Shown: piece after piece, positions 62,689-64,000 of the stretch
How positions within the stretch are numbered: position 1 is the stretch's first letter
Layout of the letters: each line of letters opens with the position of its first letter
Assembly (NCBI GenBank): GCA_964541255.1
Contig: CAZIPL010000004.1
Coordinates: 424 to 64,423, forward strand
Direction: 5' to 3'
DNA length: 64,000 bases
From: an uncultured Clostridia bacterium
Lineage (GTDB): Bacteria; Bacillota; Clostridia; Christensenellales; CAMQZB01
Notes under the pieces: generated by a model
What the model saw: only the letters and a program-made list of their open reading frames with translations
Told to the model about the DNA's origin: nothing
Database searches by the model: none
Made by a program: the position numbers and the translations under genes

Positions 62689-64000
62689 ATGGGAAAGCTT
62701 AAATATTACACAAGCGCTTCAAAAGACAGCTCGGCGAACGAGAGGGAACTTAGAAACAAAGAAATCGCATATAATGCGGCTTTGGAGGGAATCGTTCTTT
62801 TGAAAAACGACGGCGCACTCCCCGCTAAGGAAGCGGGCAAAATCGCTCTTTACGGCGCAGGCGTATCTATGACGATTAAAGGCGGAACGGGTTCCGGCGA
62901 AGTAAACGAAAGACACGCAATCAGCATTTTGGAAGGAATGGAAAACGCGGGCTTTACCGTTACGACGAAAAAGTGGATTTCCGATTTCGAAAAACAATAT
63001 GCAGACGAAAAGAAAGCTTATTCGGAAGCGCATAAATTCAACCTTTTGAATGTGAAAGACTTCGTTAACATGATGGCTGACCCCATGGGATTCCCCGTAG
63101 GCAGAGAAATCACCGACGAGGACGTCAAGAACAGCGATACAGATACGGCTATCTACGTCGTTGCTCGTCAAGCAGGCGAGGGTGCGGATAAGAAACTTGC
63201 TAAGGGCGAGTTCGATCTTTCACCTGTTGAAATAGCAAACATCAAAAAGATTGCGAAAGAATATAAGCACTCCGTTTTGGTAATCAACTCCGGTTCCTCG
63301 ATGGATCTTTCCGTTTTGGACGACGCGAACGTCGGCGCGGTAATTTATTTCTGCCAGCAGGGTATGGAGGGCGGAAGAGCGTTTGCCGACCTTATTTTGG
63401 GCAAAAAATCCCCGTCTGGAAAACTTACCGATACGTGGGTTAAGAAATATCTCGACATTCCTTTCCACGACCAATATAGCTACCTTAGCGGAGATACGAC
63501 TCAGGAATTCTACCACGAGGGTATCTATGTCGGATACAGATATTTCGATACATACAAGGTTGAACCGAGATACCATTTCGGCTTCGGTCTTTCCTATACA
63601 ACCTTTAATATCAAGACTGTCGGCGCTACGATTGAAAAAGACGTAGTAACGGTCAAGGCAGAGGTTGAGAATACGGGCAGCGTTGCAGGCAAGGAAGTTG
63701 TCGAAGTATACGTTTCCGCTCCCGACGGACATCTCAAAAAAGAGTATCAACGCCTTGTCGGTTTTGCTAAAACAAAAGAGCTTGTCGCAAACGAAAAGCA
63801 AGAAGTTTCCGTAACGTTCCCTGCAAGCTATATGGCTTCTTATTGCGAGAAATGCGCTTCTTACGTTTTGGAAGCGGGCGATTATATCGTAAGAGTAGGC
63901 AACAGCTCCGACAATACGGAAGCTGCGGTTGTTATCAATCTTCCCGAAAAGGCGGTCGTTTCTAAGAACAAGAACATCTGCACGCCGAAAGAGAGAATCG
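62689..64000 (+). CDS. Glycoside hydrolase family 3, permuted domain order, 3' end cut by window edge (not in ORF track)
   Basis: ATG at 62689 follows GATGGAGG. The frame is open to the window end and encodes MGKLKYY...VLLKNDGALP...IKGGTGSGE...HFGFGLSYTTF, collinear with the N-terminal halves of 41600..44050 and 45465..47900. Track ORFs on the minus strand here are shadows. Confidence 0.85.
   Translation, partial: MGKLKYYTSASKDSSANERELRNKEIAYNAALEGIVLLKNDGALPAKEAGKIALYGAGVSMTIKGGTGSGEVNERHAISILEGMENAGFTVTTKKWISDFEKQYADEKKAYSEAHKFNLLNVKDFVNMMADPMGFPVGREITDEDVKNSDTDTAIYVVARQAGEGADKKLAKGEFDLSPVEIANIKKIAKEYKHSVLVINSGSSMDLSVLDDANVGAVIYFCQQGMEGGRAFADLILGKKSPSGKLTDTWVKKYLDIPFHDQYSYLSGDTTQEFYHEGIYVGYRYFDTYKVEPRYHFGFGLSYTTFNIKTVGATIEKDVVTVKAEVENTGSVAGKEVVEVYVSAPDGHLKKEYQRLVGFAKTKELVANEKQEVSVTFPASYMASYCEKCASYVLEAGDYIVRVGNSSDNTEAAVVINLPEKAVVSKNKNICTPKERI

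Noticed and set aside
62719-63801. Two minus-strand track ORFs (62719..63171 and 63220..63801) at the right end of the window.
   Set aside because: The plus strand here encodes an uninterrupted GH3 N-terminal half (from ATG 62689) that is collinear with two paralogs in the window. It is missing from the track only because it has no stop before the window edge.

Overview
This is a 64-kb chromosomal segment that looks like a spore-forming, saccharolytic Bacillota (Clostridia-like) genome, judged from the spoIVB, SpoIIM-like and sporulation-type DD-carboxypeptidase genes, Gram-positive RBS and terminator style, and moderate GC by eye. I call about 50 protein genes. I saw no rRNA, tRNA or CRISPR array. 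The window is mostly an intracellular oligosaccharide-utilisation region. It holds four GH3 enzymes (three with permuted domain order), one GH43 and one large unassigned GH-like protein. It also holds three GPH-family symporters, an LplABC-type ABC importer with its own MsmK-like ATPase, three paralogous AraC regulators, and LacI, MarR and two-component regulators. Other genes include a BMP-type ABC permease pair, a NitT/TauT-type ABC importer and trkAH. Three things stand out. (1) A roughly 4.4-kb island (24.5-28.9 kb) carries a divergent XRE regulator plus a three-gene unit of secreted protein, SipW-type signal peptidase and secreted protein. The layout mirrors sinR/tapA-sipW-tasA, but the cargo proteins are unrecognisable to me and the peptidase is unusually extended. 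(2) An exact 12-mer, GCAATCGTTTGC, occurs four times, always intergenic. It links a cytoplasmic Cys-type sulfatase, a LacI regulator and a set of divergent glycolysis-like paralogs: PFK-like, TIM-like, LarA-like, mutarotase-like, a PGI-like protein with a degenerate phosphate loop, a class II aldolase and NagB-like proteins. Together they form a candidate regulon for an undescribed (possibly sulfated) sugar pathway. (3) Several families of short GC-rich hairpin repeats and a MITE-like element recur in intergenic regions, with hints of structure-preserving variation. All functional calls rest on motif recognition by eye, and no database search was run.
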